From the NCBI GenBank assembly GCA_000002435.2, contig CM018793.1: 64,000 nucleotides of DNA; one strand, 5' to 3'. The translations under genes were made by a program, and so were the position numbers. The DNA is from Giardia intestinalis. Taxonomy: Eukaryota. Positions 10,680 to 21,205 of the stretch are shown piece after piece. Under the pieces are notes generated by a model that was not told where the DNA came from, ran no database searches, and saw only the letters and a list, made by a program, of their open reading frames with translations. The first letter of the stretch is position 1. The number at the start of each line of letters is the position of its first letter.

Positions 10680-12236
10680 GTGATGTGGTTGTCCTATTTT
10701 CTGGTGATCTTTTTGCTTGAACTCTTTGTCGGCCAGAATGAAGGTGTCGATAGTCCACATAAGGACACGGCTCTCTTTGACGAGTTTAACGCACACTTTG
10801 CTCACTTCTACAGGTCCGCTGAGGAGTATGAGACGGCGCTGGAGCACTTTCACAAGAATCTGGCTCTTCTCGGGGCTGACCACGCGCAGAACCTCAGTCA
10901 CCTCCGCGACATTCTCGAGCGCACGGAGGGGTCAGTTAAATACGGCCTCAACCCCACTCTTAACCGCGATATCAGCCAGAATGGGTACGTGCCGATTGAT
11001 CCTGCTGACATGATTGATCTAAGCACCCCCTGGCGCCGGTTCTCCTTCTCGGTCAAGCGGCTCTTGCTCAAACTTAGTCGCTCTACGTCTGGGGGCCTTG
11101 AAAATGATGATGATTACTGCAAAAAGAACTTTCGTCTTCGTGATAACCCGCTACGTACATTCTCCTCGCCTCCTCTTTCAGTGGATCTGCGAGAACTTGG
11201 TTTGATCGATCTAGCTAGAAATCAGGGTTTTTGCGGCTGTTGCTGGGCAATGGCTTCTGCTGCGCTTTACGAAATATCAGTTCGCTCAACAAGGAACTAC
11301 TTTCAGTCTGACTCTGCCGTTGATGGCGCTTTCAAGGATCCTCACTTCAAAGCTTCAGAGCAGTACATTATGAACAAGTCATATCAATCCAATAATTATT
11401 GTCAAGGTGGCAATTATGTAACAGTTTCTCGCGACTATGCTGTCCACCAGGAGCTGGATACGCTTGAGTCTCTAACTAATTTCCCTTTTGAATCCTTCCA
11501 ACTGACTACTAATCCTGACAATATAAAAAGAGATGCACAAATGAAAGTCAAGAACGCATTTGTCCCTGGTAATACGGTAACTGTGGCTAGTTGTCCAGCA
11601 GCTATTTTCCGCGTTTATGACAGTGGTGCTGCCGACAGTGATTTCAAGAGCTCCGTCAAGGTTGCAAAGTCTCTCCTTGCGCGTGGAATCCCTATTGTTA
11701 TTACTATGAGTACTGTCGCCAATGGGAAAGAAGAGACGCAGAAGGCCATGCAATCCTACAAGTCAGGTATCCTTGACGTTCCTTGCACCAACAACGTTAT
11801 AGACCACCAGGTGATAATAGTGGGCTATGGAAGAAAGAATGGGGTTGACGTTTGGGTTGTTCGCAACTCCTGGGGTGAACGCTGGGGCAGCAAAGGGCAC
11901 TTCTATGCTCCAATTGGGAAGAACTCACTGTGCACCGAACAGCAAATGTACACAGAAATACCAAGATATTTTCCTCTGAATAAAAAGGCTGCAGATCAGT
12001 TGTATGCTAATAGAGCGTCTTCGCTTAAAGACAATGTCTGGGACAATATTCTTCAACGAGGGAATGAGAACTCTTTAGATGTCGACCCAGTCCGCAACTC
12101 TATATCTTCGAAGAGTGGATCTATTATAATAGCACTTGTGTTCATTCCAATTGTCGTTGCAATTGTCGCTTTGACTTCATATATCTTGTGCAACAACAAA
12201 AAGAAGAAGCACTCCCAGAGGGGTGTTAATATCTGA
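10680..12236 (+). CDS. Papain-family (C1) cathepsin-like cysteine protease with N-terminal signal peptide and predicted C-terminal transmembrane anchor
   Basis: Catalytic Cys context 'NQGFCGCCWAMASAAL', catalytic His 'VIDHQVIIVGYG', 'NSWGERWGSKGHFY'; signal peptide 'MMWLSYFLVIFLLELFVG'; C-terminal hydrophobic 'IIIALVFIPIVVAIVALTSYIL' plus basic tail 'KKKKHSQRGVNI'. Confidence 0.8.
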   Translation: MMWLSYFLVIFLLELFVGQNEGVDSPHKDTALFDEFNAHFAHFYRSAEEYETALEHFHKNLALLGADHAQNLSHLRDILERTEGSVKYGLNPTLNRDISQNGYVPIDPADMIDLSTPWRRFSFSVKRLLLKLSRSTSGGLENDDDYCKKNFRLRDNPLRTFSSPPLSVDLRELGLIDLARNQGFCGCCWAMASAALYEISVRSTRNYFQSDSAVDGAFKDPHFKASEQYIMNKSYQSNNYCQGGNYVTVSRDYAVHQELDTLESLTNFPFESFQLTTNPDNIKRDAQMKVKNAFVPGNTVTVASCPAAIFRVYDSGAADSDFKSSVKVAKSLLARGIPIVITMSTVANGKEETQKAMQSYKSGILDVPCTNNVIDHQVIIVGYGRKNGVDVWVVRNSWGERWGSKGHFYAPIGKNSLCTEQQMYTEIPRYFPLNKKAADQLYANRASSLKDNVWDNILQRGNENSLDVDPVRNSISSKSGSIIIALVFIPIVVAIVALTSYILCNNKKKKHSQRGVNI

Positions 12237-12957
12237 TTACTTCTATGATGGTACTAACGAGGGTTCTTTTCTATAGCCTCGGATAGCCACGGTGTATTTT
12301 CCACGTCTCTTCTATTGTATAAATTAGCAGTAAATTTTATCTAGATGATATTCATGGTTCTCTATTTGGGGTTGACGGAGAGCGTGGAGACCCTACTCTT
12401 CTTCTTCCATGCAAACAATGTCATAACATAGAAGTAACGTCATCACGGCGTAGGAGCCACCCAGAAGACTCCCGCGCCGGGTCAGAGCAGAGATGGGTGC
12501 TTCTACGAGGCTGTGGTCCTGCTGGGAGGCACGACTCTCCGGGCACGGAGCACACGATAGCCATCTCACGGCATTAAGCCAGCTGTGGCCTGGCATCGTC
12601 CATCCGTTCATCGCCGCAGACGATCCCCAAGCAGATGTTATCGATATATGAATCGTTCCCGGCCCCCGCTGCCAGACGGCGAGACACTTGGCCGTGGACG
12701 CGCTTGCAGACGGCCCTACGCTAACGGACACACGGGCGGCAGGCAGGGGTGCATCTGGGGTGTCGGAGCCCGGAGAGCACACTCACGCCCCTGGTAAGTG
12801 GCGAACGTACACATACAGAACTCCCTCGTCTCGCAGTGTGTCACGTCCTGTGAAAAAGCGGGTGGTCGCTGCCCCTCCTGCGGGCCTCCACAGGCACGCA
12901 TCACAACAGCCTCGGTGTGGAGTGCAGCAAGCACAAGGATGGCTGTGCCCAGAATAG

Positions 12958-14748
12958 GTGCGCCCCTGGCCAAGTCCGATGAACGGAACGCGCACGGCGT
13001 ACTCCGAGAGCGCTTCCTCTGTGTGCATCCTGGACAGCACCGCGGCTCGGTCCACTGCGTCGAGTGCAGGGGCTCGGGCTCGGAGGCGAACGCGCTCCTG
13101 CTCTACGAGGTGGACACGAGTGCAGCGTGGTAGGGGCGGGCGGTGTGTGCTCGCCAACCCGGGCAGCGGTGCGACCGAGGGATCTCACAGCTGCAGCAGC
13201 GGCTACTGCACGTCATGCCACAAGACGCATCTGTTCTGTAAGTATGGATGCTACAGCCGACACAGTTCGACTGGATTTGCCATATGCGCGGGGGCGAACC
13301 AGTGCGAGCTAGACAACGTGACGATCTGCACAGAATGCGTGAACACGTCGCATGCACCCAAGAATGGGGGGTGCACCTTCGTCGGGGAAAGCGCCTCCAG
13401 AAGCCTGTTTTCTGACTGCACGAAAGATGCAAGCAGAGGGTTGTGCACAGGTTGCTCCAGCACCGGGAAGTCTTTCTTGTTCTATGGCGGCTGCTATGAC
13501 AGAAACTCCCACGTTGGTTCAAAGCTCTGTCTGGAAGCAGCGGGCGGAGTGTGTAAGCAATGGCGTAGCAATTTTAACTTCACCTTCTCTAAAGCTGAGG
13601 GGGCCGACCGATACCTGTGCGGTGATACCAGCAGTGGTGTGCGTGGCTGCGCTACATGCGGGTACAATAACGGTGTGACGTGTACGCGGTGCTCGACGGG
13701 ATACCTCGGGGTGGATGGGAGGTCCTGCAGTGAGAGCTGCAGCGGAGACACTCGGGGGGCGTGCACGAAGGTAACAGAAGGGAGCGAATCAACTGAAGTG
13801 TCGTGTCGATGCGTCTGCAAGCCGACGTTCTACAGCAGCTCCGGAACGTGCATATCATGTACGGACTCATGTGCTGTCTGCAAGGATGGCACACTAACCG
13901 GCTGCCAGCAGTGCAGCCCCGGCAAGATCCTGAACTTCTCGATTGCCTCCAGCGAGAGCGCAGACTGCGTTAGCCAGTGTTCTGTTGGTAGTGAGTGTGC
14001 AGAGTGCGGCATCACCATCGACGGCAGCAGGTACTGCACGCGCTGCAAGGACGCAAGCACGTATCCGTTCAACGGGGTGTGTATTCTGAACACACAAAGG
14101 GACGCGTACTGCACCAGCAAGGCAAATGGCGTCTGCACCACCTGTTCCTCAGGCGCCTTCCTGATGAACGGGGGCTGCTACACAACGGAGCACTATCCGG
14201 GAAGCACTATCTGTGGTAAGCAGTCAAACGGAAAGTGTGAGAAGACCAAGGAGGGGTACGGGATATCGCCCGATGGAAAGCTGCTGGAGTGCGATCCGAC
14301 ATGTCTGGCGTGCACTGCCCCTGGCCCCGGCCGCTGCACCAGGTGCCCCTCTGGAGCGCTCCTGAAGAGGGCCTCGGGTGCCGCCACCGGGAGCTGCGTC
14401 GACCCCAATGCCTGTGTAGACGGGTACTATGCAGACGGAGACGCGTGCCTGCCCTGCGCCACTCCGGGGTGCAAGACCTGCGGGCATGCCTCCTTCTGCA
14501 CAGAGTGCGCGGGGGAGCTCTTCGTGACCCTGGACGGGCGGTCGTGCCTGGGGGAGTGCACCGGGGACAAGGTAGTAGGAGAGGTGCCCGGCGGCGTGCG
14601 GAGGTGCTGGTGCGAACGGGGCTTCTACAGCCATGGTCCAAGGGTCGTACGAATAAACCCACCTCCCCGCTCTTGTGTGAAGACGGGGACGAACCAGGCC
14701 CGCTCGACCTCGGTGACCGGTAGTCCTTCCTCTCCCCAGTCGGTCTGA
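12958..14748 (+). pseudogene. VSP-like high-cysteine protein gene, probably decayed: no signal peptide in frame, stop immediately before the expected TM/CRGKA region
   Basis: Many CXXC motifs and VSP-type 'GGCY' motifs ('FLFYGGCYDRNSH', 'FLMNGGCYTTEHY'). The first ~70 aa are Arg/Ser-rich out-of-frame-looking sequence. The ORF ends '...TNQARSTSVTGSPSSPQSV*', which resembles the pre-TM 'ANKSSGLSTGAIAG' segment of the intact VSP at 54560-56836, but no TM or CRGKA follows in any frame. The VSP poly(A) motif is absent. Confidence 0.5.
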
Positions 14749-15835
14749 GCTATCCGGCAAGGATCAAGAGTATCGGCTGGACGAGGCCCATAGGGGGCAT
14801 CGGGTGACTGGCTCGGACCCATCCGGCAGGCCTCGTCCGTGCCTGTTCCTGACCTAACAACTTGCTGCCCGCTGCAGGTGCTGAGAGCAACCCATCTCTA
14901 GGGCCTCCGCCCTCTCATACAACAGTCCATTCGGGGATGCCCCCGTGTCCATCACTCTGTGCTGGCTGGCACACGTCTGTGGCCGGGATGTCTGTTCTCC
15001 CCGAGAGCTAGCATGGGCGGGAGACATACTGAGATACATATGCGCCCTCTGTCTGTCTCTCCTCATAAATCTAGTATCACCATCTGTGGTCTTAGGACAC
15101 TACAGTATAATTACAATTGCTCTAGAATAATCCTTGTGACTCGCCCCGCCGTCTATCATATATGTTGTAAAGATATCTGATAATCAAGATACTCTGCATT
15201 ATATAGAGAACCCGAAAGTACGGAGTATGACACCTATAGAGCGCTGCTATATAGTTATTTACTTCCTTCAGGGTTATGTGGCAATGGACATCAAATTCTA
15301 TGCTTGGCTATGATCTTTGACGCTTTAAACATCTATATCTAGTTCTCTAGCGTATCCCTTAACAATTCTTTAGTGAACCTCCATGGAAGCTACTTCCTAA
15401 CCACGACGAGTTCTGAATGTCGCAACTAAAGAGTAATTGTCGGTCTCCAAGGCCCCATCTCTATCTCCAACTATACTATAGAGGCCATCAAGTGGTGCAT
15501 AAAAGGCTCTGACATAAACGGCTAAAACCATTACTCAATGAGTAGTGTAACTATTTGTTTATAAAGATGCAAAGATTGGCATTCTGTTAATACTATGTAA
15601 GAAGTAAACACTAAAGACTGAAGATGTCCTAGTTCATAGTATGCTTTACTAGTACTAGCCTTGAATAAATGATATGAAAATACCTTTGATAGGATTGCTT
15701 GGCAAAATTTAGAAAAATGAGTCTTCCCACTTTTTGTAGTTACGTCTGTGTAAAATCCGATACACTTCATGAACACGCCGATGGTTACGAAAATGAAAAG
15801 AATTTAGAGCCAAAAAAGAGAAGTAGAGACTCTTT

Positions 15836-16711
15836 ATGCTCCTAATATCACCGGGAGTACTCTGCATAGATCAGGATAAGATGTGCACCTTACCGACATT
15901 GGCTAAGTCTAATGACATGGTACAGTGTGCTGCCTCTTTCCAAACTTACACTATGACTCATTGTCCTGAATTATCGTGGCGTTGGATTTTGGTCACTGCA
16001 TCTGGACAGGATAAGAGCTATAACGGTGCGAGCTCGGACCATGTGATTACCTTAAAAACTAGTGCAGAGAATACACAAGACCCCTCTGCTATAAACGTTT
16101 CTTCCCACGGAAGTATCATTTTAAACCATCTTGATAACTTGTTTGCGCAAGATACTATCCCAACACGGCCATCCTTTATCATCCTGCTAGAGAGCAGTGG
16201 CCGTCCTATCTCCTTAGCTTTTCTCTCCGATTGCAGAGACTTTCTTGCTGAACGAGCTGTTCCATACTGGCTTTCCTGTCCCCTGGAGAGCTTGTTTACA
16301 AAGTCTACTGATGACTCTGATGAGCTTGCCTACAGATTGAAAGGGGATGCCGCTCTCGTCTTACGGCATATGAATATAGTTTCTGTAACGGAAGAGTCGT
16401 TAGCTGTGGTTGCTGACTCATGGGCAGATGACACCGGAGAGAATCGAGAATCAAAGCTAAGGCTTTGTCTCAGTCTAATTACTCCAGGTGAAAGGAGCGC
16501 TGTTCTGTATGTTTCTAAGGATATGCTAGGAATCTGTTTTGGAGAGCCAGACTCTGAAGAAGCAACTGTCAAATTGGTTCCATGCCTATTTGAGGCTAGC
16601 GGAGGATACTCCTCTATCACTCCCGTTGAGATGCTAATCCGGTTCTGTGCCCTTCTAGAGCGCGGAATGAATTTCCAAACCGCCCTAGCAAGCATAGTGG
16701 CACAGGTATAA
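15836..16711 (+). CDS. Hypothetical protein
   Basis: 291 aa ORF, no recognisable motif. Confidence 0.4.
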   Translation: MLLISPGVLCIDQDKMCTLPTLAKSNDMVQCAASFQTYTMTHCPELSWRWILVTASGQDKSYNGASSDHVITLKTSAENTQDPSAINVSSHGSIILNHLDNLFAQDTIPTRPSFIILLESSGRPISLAFLSDCRDFLAERAVPYWLSCPLESLFTKSTDDSDELAYRLKGDAALVLRHMNIVSVTEESLAVVADSWADDTGENRESKLRLCLSLITPGERSAVLYVSKDMLGICFGEPDSEEATVKLVPCLFEASGGYSSITPVEMLIRFCALLERGMNFQTALASIVAQV

Positions 16712-16776
16712 GCAAAGTCCTTGATGAATGATTTACTTCATCCTTGATTGGCAGTACGCTAGCAGAGTGCACGGAA

Positions 16777-17298
16777 TCATTGTGGAACGTGAGGAGCTCT
16801 GTCCTGGAAGCGTGCTGTCCTTGCTGCGCGCTTCACATGAACGTAGGGACAAGGGTGGGGGAACCTAACGCCCTTCTGGGTAAACATAGCCACCTTCTCG
16901 CGGCGGACATCTTCGTCGGCAACCTCCTTCACATTGATAATCTGAATATCATGGTAGCGCGCACGGCACTGTCCAGCCATCTCAGAGTAAACCTTGTCCA
17001 TCGCTCTAGCGCTCGTGGTCTCACGCACCTCGCGATACATGTTATGCTGGCCTACACGGGAACGATAGCGCAAGAGAACACCGAAGTTCTTAACAAAATC
17101 CCCATTCTCCTCAATGTGCTGGCAGTCAAGGATCTCTCCGTGCGTGCGCTTGATCTTCTTCAGAGACTTCAAGTGGTACCAGAAGCGGCTCTTTGCTACG
17201 ATCTCGTTGGGGGCGTAGATTGTCATGCGGAAGACCTCCGGTTCTGGGAATTTCTCCGAAGGAAGCCTGCGGCCGTAGACGATATACTTCTGCATCAT
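16777..17298 (-). CDS. RPL18A: 60S ribosomal protein L18a (eL20); ORF extends to 17394 but the conserved N-terminus begins at the internal Met (MMQKYIVYGRRLP)
   Basis: Strong similarity by eye to yeast Rpl20: 'YIVYGRRLPSEKFPEPEVFRMTIYAPNEIVAKSRFWYHL', 'NFGVLLRYRSRVGQHNMYRE'. Confidence 0.85.
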   Translation of the reverse strand: MMQKYIVYGRRLPSEKFPEPEVFRMTIYAPNEIVAKSRFWYHLKSLKKIKRTHGEILDCQHIEENGDFVKNFGVLLRYRSRVGQHNMYREVRETTSARAMDKVYSEMAGQCRARYHDIQIINVKEVADEDVRREKVAMFTQKGVRFPHPCPYVHVKRAARTARFQDRAPHVPQ

Positions 17299-17384
17299 CC
17301 CTCTGGTCTCGGCCCGGCTTTTTAGAGCGTCCACAAATTCACTTTGAAATTGTTTTAATACTTGATAGAACAGAAGCACTGTCC

Positions 17385-18875
17385 ATGCGTCCAACCAGGA
17401 CCCGCGGACTCATGCAGGCACCTCAGGCTTCTGCACGCCAGGCTACCTCAGGAACCCGCGTCTCAGGCATAAACCGTCCAGTTAGTGTGCGACAAGGATA
17501 CAGTCGTCCAAGCTCTTATAACGACGCATTTCAAGCGGCTAATGTAGCTCTGCAGAAGGCATACTCTAGAGACTTAACTGCGCAAGTTTGTTTAGAAATT
17601 GAGAAGATTATTTCTGACTGTACAGACGACTGTGATGCTCTAGATGGTCTCGTGTCCGCTCTAACTGCAAAATCAGCGCGTACGGGCACTAGGATGGAGC
17701 GGACAATAACATGCCAGAGCCTTTGTGCGATAGCGTCTAGGTTAGGGAAGCTTAGTGGGCTCATGTGGCCGAAGATTCTGCGGTACATAAATAAGGAGCT
17801 ACAATTGCGGGATGTCTTTGAGGTAGACAGTCACTATATGGCAAGTCTTGCGGCAGTGTGTGGTGCATACACAAAGCATGTTCTGGAGCCTACAGATATC
17901 GCTGTGTTGGTTTCGTTATTAAAAGATCTGATTGAGAAAGTGCCACCAATTAATAAAGCAGCAGGAATAATGGCACTCTCTAGAGTGGTAGAGGAGATGC
18001 ACTCCCGTGCACTCTTTGATCCAATGGAACACGGCATACACATCTCTGAGTATATTTGTCAACTAGCGCAGAAAATAAAGAAAGATCCGGACGATCAAGC
18101 TCTATTACAGTCATGTCTTTTGCTGCATGCAGTCGTCCAAATAAGTCCAGATATAATCAGCGTGCCTCCTATTGCTAGAAAAGTGACTACATTTGTCACA
18201 GATGGTTGTAAGCACAAAAATTGGAGAATTAGGGAGACTTCACTGCGGATTCTTGAATCTGAAGACCTCCTAAACAATCTCCCCTCTACCCTAGTTAGCT
18301 CAATTATAAAAGTAGCAGAAGAATGTAGATATGATAGAATTGAAGCTGTACGCACAGCTGCACGCTTGCTAATAGGGCAGCTCAAGATCGAGTTGCCAAA
18401 ACGTCGCCCACAAAGTGCAGCAGCAATGTACACTCAATCACACGAGGCACGTCCAAGGTCAGCTTTCACGAAACGGCTACTGCTGGGTAGGCCATCTAAT
18501 AATAATACACTTGTGCCATGGGTTGATGCACGGGACAAAGTCGGGATCACTGTGACTACCCCTAACTACGGAACACAGACAAGTAAGGCATATACGTATA
18601 TCCCCATTAACCCCACAGCTATTGCCCCTCCATTTCGAGAGTCTCGTGGACCTGGCCTTGCTCTGTCTTCAACGTCCTCAACTTTGACAGATAAGATTGC
18701 ATCGGATGACAGTGACTCGTGTGATAAATCTCGGTGTCTACTGAAACTAGTAGGAAAACCACATTCATATACGAATCGTTCTTCTTCTACCACCGAGTCT
18801 GACCACTCCTTGAAGGTACAGACAGCGATCTATTGCAAGAGGCCAGACAGTACTGTCGAGTCATCTTCACATTAG
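17385..18875 (+). CDS. Hypothetical protein, divergently transcribed from RPL18A; ORF opens at 17193 but that overlaps the RPL18A start, and ATG at 17385 follows an AT-rich initiator-like stretch
   Basis: Long ORF; 86-bp AT-rich spacer between the two divergent start codons. Confidence 0.5.
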   Translation: MRPTRTRGLMQAPQASARQATSGTRVSGINRPVSVRQGYSRPSSYNDAFQAANVALQKAYSRDLTAQVCLEIEKIISDCTDDCDALDGLVSALTAKSARTGTRMERTITCQSLCAIASRLGKLSGLMWPKILRYINKELQLRDVFEVDSHYMASLAAVCGAYTKHVLEPTDIAVLVSLLKDLIEKVPPINKAAGIMALSRVVEEMHSRALFDPMEHGIHISEYICQLAQKIKKDPDDQALLQSCLLLHAVVQISPDIISVPPIARKVTTFVTDGCKHKNWRIRETSLRILESEDLLNNLPSTLVSSIIKVAEECRYDRIEAVRTAARLLIGQLKIELPKRRPQSAAAMYTQSHEARPRSAFTKRLLLGRPSNNNTLVPWVDARDKVGITVTTPNYGTQTSKAYTYIPINPTAIAPPFRESRGPGLALSSTSSTLTDKIASDDSDSCDKSRCLLKLVGKPHSYTNRSSSTTESDHSLKVQTAIYCKRPDSTVESSSH

Positions 18876-18882
18876 CTATGAA

Positions 18883-20169
18883 TTACGGACTAAGTCCATT
18901 CGGTATGTGCATCTCAATAGGTATTGCCTGGTTGAATAAATATCCATAAAATCCGTGGTCCACAAGCCCAACTTCGTCTGGTAAAAACTCTCCTAGGTCG
19001 TGGGGCGATATTTCTGAAGCCAAGATTCTTTTATTTGTTTCCCCTGCTTGTTCATATGTGGTACATACTGTCTGGGCATATTCGCTCTCCTCTACTATAC
19101 TCAGCTCCCCACTTATTTGTGGCAACACACATCTTCCATCTCTGATGTGTACCGACTGCAGAAGGATGATCTTTCCAGGTACATACAAGTCTGCATCAGT
19201 GTACACGCTTCGGGATAGCTCTCTGGTTGTTATCTTCTTTCCTCGCTCTTTGTCTTCAGCAAGTATCTCCAGACGCTTGAGAAAGGTTTTTATTGAGTGC
19301 AAGCTAAGCCTAGAAATAGTATCGAAATCATAGACGTAATTGGTGGCCCATGACCGTGCATCATTGGCAAAACTCAGACCAGCCATAGCCGGGCAGCCGA
19401 AGCCAAGAGCCTTTAGATTGCTTGAGTTGTAAACTTCTGGATGGATTGAGATAAGATGGTGGCCCAGAGCCATGGCTACCCCTGCCCCCAGGCTGTGTCC
19501 GGTTATTATCAACTTGTAAGATTTGGCAGCATGATTCTTCTTGTAGTTCTGGAGTATAGGGTGAACGTTCTCGGCGACCCAGAGTGCTGCTTTTTGCATG
19601 CCTGCATGAAGAGTAACCCCGCTTTCCAATTCCGTTGATATAGCATCCAGGTTGAGAACTAAATCCCCTTTATTAACTGTGCCTCGAATGACCAAGAAAA
19701 AGCACGCTAAGGTCCTCTGTACAAGCAGTGCCCAGCCAGGCTGGTATGCCCGCGTACCCTTCATATTCGACGCCAGGTACTCCGCGTCTGCTATGTCTAC
19801 CAGCTCTGTCACCCGCTCACACTCCCACTTCGTCATTTGCCGGGAGTACTTCAAATGGGGAGCAGGCATATAGGTGGCCAACATACCCATTAACCTAACA
19901 ATGTATGGGGCGCTCTCGTCAAAAAAGCGATTAAACTCAGGTCCATATATCTTGCAGGAGAGCGTGCTGCAAAGTCTAACGAGGTTGAAGTCTATAAGCT
20001 CTTCTGTGCATTGGGAAAGGATGGGCACAATCTCTCGTGCTGGCAAAGCACCGTAACGGAACAGCCCCCTGATGTGTTTTTTCCGAGACTGTCCAATTGT
20101 GTTTTTCAGGACAATGATCATTGGCCATAAGGGCGTATGCCCGAACCCTAACATTTTACTTAAGAACAT
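18883..20169 (-). CDS. Class 3 (fungal-type / DAG-lipase-like) lipase
   Basis: Nucleophile elbow 'LIITGHSLGAGVAMALGHHL' (GHSLG); 428 aa ORF. Confidence 0.7.
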   Translation of the reverse strand: MFLSKMLGFGHTPLWPMIIVLKNTIGQSRKKHIRGLFRYGALPAREIVPILSQCTEELIDFNLVRLCSTLSCKIYGPEFNRFFDESAPYIVRLMGMLATYMPAPHLKYSRQMTKWECERVTELVDIADAEYLASNMKGTRAYQPGWALLVQRTLACFFLVIRGTVNKGDLVLNLDAISTELESGVTLHAGMQKAALWVAENVHPILQNYKKNHAAKSYKLIITGHSLGAGVAMALGHHLISIHPEVYNSSNLKALGFGCPAMAGLSFANDARSWATNYVYDFDTISRLSLHSIKTFLKRLEILAEDKERGKKITTRELSRSVYTDADLYVPGKIILLQSVHIRDGRCVLPQISGELSIVEESEYAQTVCTTYEQAGETNKRILASEISPHDLGEFLPDEVGLVDHGFYGYLFNQAIPIEMHIPNGLSP

Positions 20170-20275
20170 GGTTCACAACCTTGCGAAGAATATGAGATTT
20201 ATATTAGTTTTGGTTTGGAAGATACTTAAATCGACGATGAATAAAAACTGACTAGTCACACAGTTACTACCAGTT

Positions 20276-21148
20276 TCAGATGTTCAATGGGAACACTTTC
20301 TTATGTCCATTTTTAACATGTATACTTTCTAACAGCCTTCCAACTTTTTCATACTGTAATTGTGCGTCACGTGACACGGTCTCCAGTGTCTTCTTTAATT
20401 CTGCGTCCTTCTCTAGGGATACATAAAGCTCCACAAAGTCATAACTTGCACCTATTTCCTCCTCATCTGTTTGACCTTCCCAAAGGTCAGCACTGGGCGG
20501 TGCATCCAAAATAGATTCAGGGAGACCTAGGTACCTGCCAACTGCAAACACCTCACTCTTATGCAAATCGTGAATCAGTTGGATGTCTGAAACGCCATCT
20601 CCTGCCTTAGAAAAGTAGTAGAGAAAGCCGTCCTCATCATAGTTTCCTGTCCCCACGACTACAGATGGCGTGCCCTCCTGAGAAAGAAGTTGCGCTACGT
20701 AGAAGGCGGCAGGCGTCCGCATATACGACTTAAGGTTACCTCTTGCAAACTCCTTGCCCCTAATACCGCAAGCGTCTTCTACTAGCGATGTCAGTGACAT
20801 AAAGATGTCTGTCTGATCAACCGTTACTATCTCTCCATAGCTGGACAGCTCATAGGCACGATTCTGGATCGATGCTGTTGACAAAATAGGCTGAGCCAGC
20901 CCAAGGACTCTAGTGATAGGGGACTTTTCTGCGGCCTTCGAACGAGCAAGCAAAGCAAAAGTGACGGCAGAATCAATGCCTCCAGAGAGATTCACGATAC
21001 ATCCTGCAATTCCTGTTTTCCTTGCATACTCATTCAATGCATCTACCTTCTTGGCAACCCATACGCTAGGGCTGAATGCCCTCTTTTTTCGGACGCCCGC
21101 AAGTAGCTCTCGAAGCTCTGGGTGCATCTCCTCGGCCATTTTCCTCAA
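20276..21148 (-). CDS. NH3-dependent NAD+ synthetase (NadE-type, PP-loop ATP pyrophosphatase; no glutaminase domain)
   Basis: PP-loop 'VNLSGGIDSAVTFALLA'; 290 aa, matching the size of bacterial NadE. Confidence 0.8.
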   Translation of the reverse strand: MRKMAEEMHPELRELLAGVRKKRAFSPSVWVAKKVDALNEYARKTGIAGCIVNLSGGIDSAVTFALLARSKAAEKSPITRVLGLAQPILSTASIQNRAYELSSYGEIVTVDQTDIFMSLTSLVEDACGIRGKEFARGNLKSYMRTPAAFYVAQLLSQEGTPSVVVGTGNYDEDGFLYYFSKAGDGVSDIQLIHDLHKSEVFAVGRYLGLPESILDAPPSADLWEGQTDEEEIGASYDFVELYVSLEKDAELKKTLETVSRDAQLQYEKVGRLLESIHVKNGHKKVFPLNI

Positions 21149-21205
21149 ACGGATTTTTTGTCTTTGTCAACAGTCACACCCTACTGCCCTCATCTCTCTC
21201 CTCTA

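Noticed and set aside
12393-13522. Stack of 85-139-aa ORFs on the minus strand upstream of and inside the VSP-like gene
   Set aside because: GC-rich low-complexity translations overlapping each other in several frames. Treated as artefacts of a decayed GC-rich coding region, not genes.
16744-17325. 193-aa plus-strand ORF overlapping RPL18A on the opposite strand
   Set aside because: The eL20 similarity on the minus strand is unambiguous. The plus-strand ORF is its antisense.
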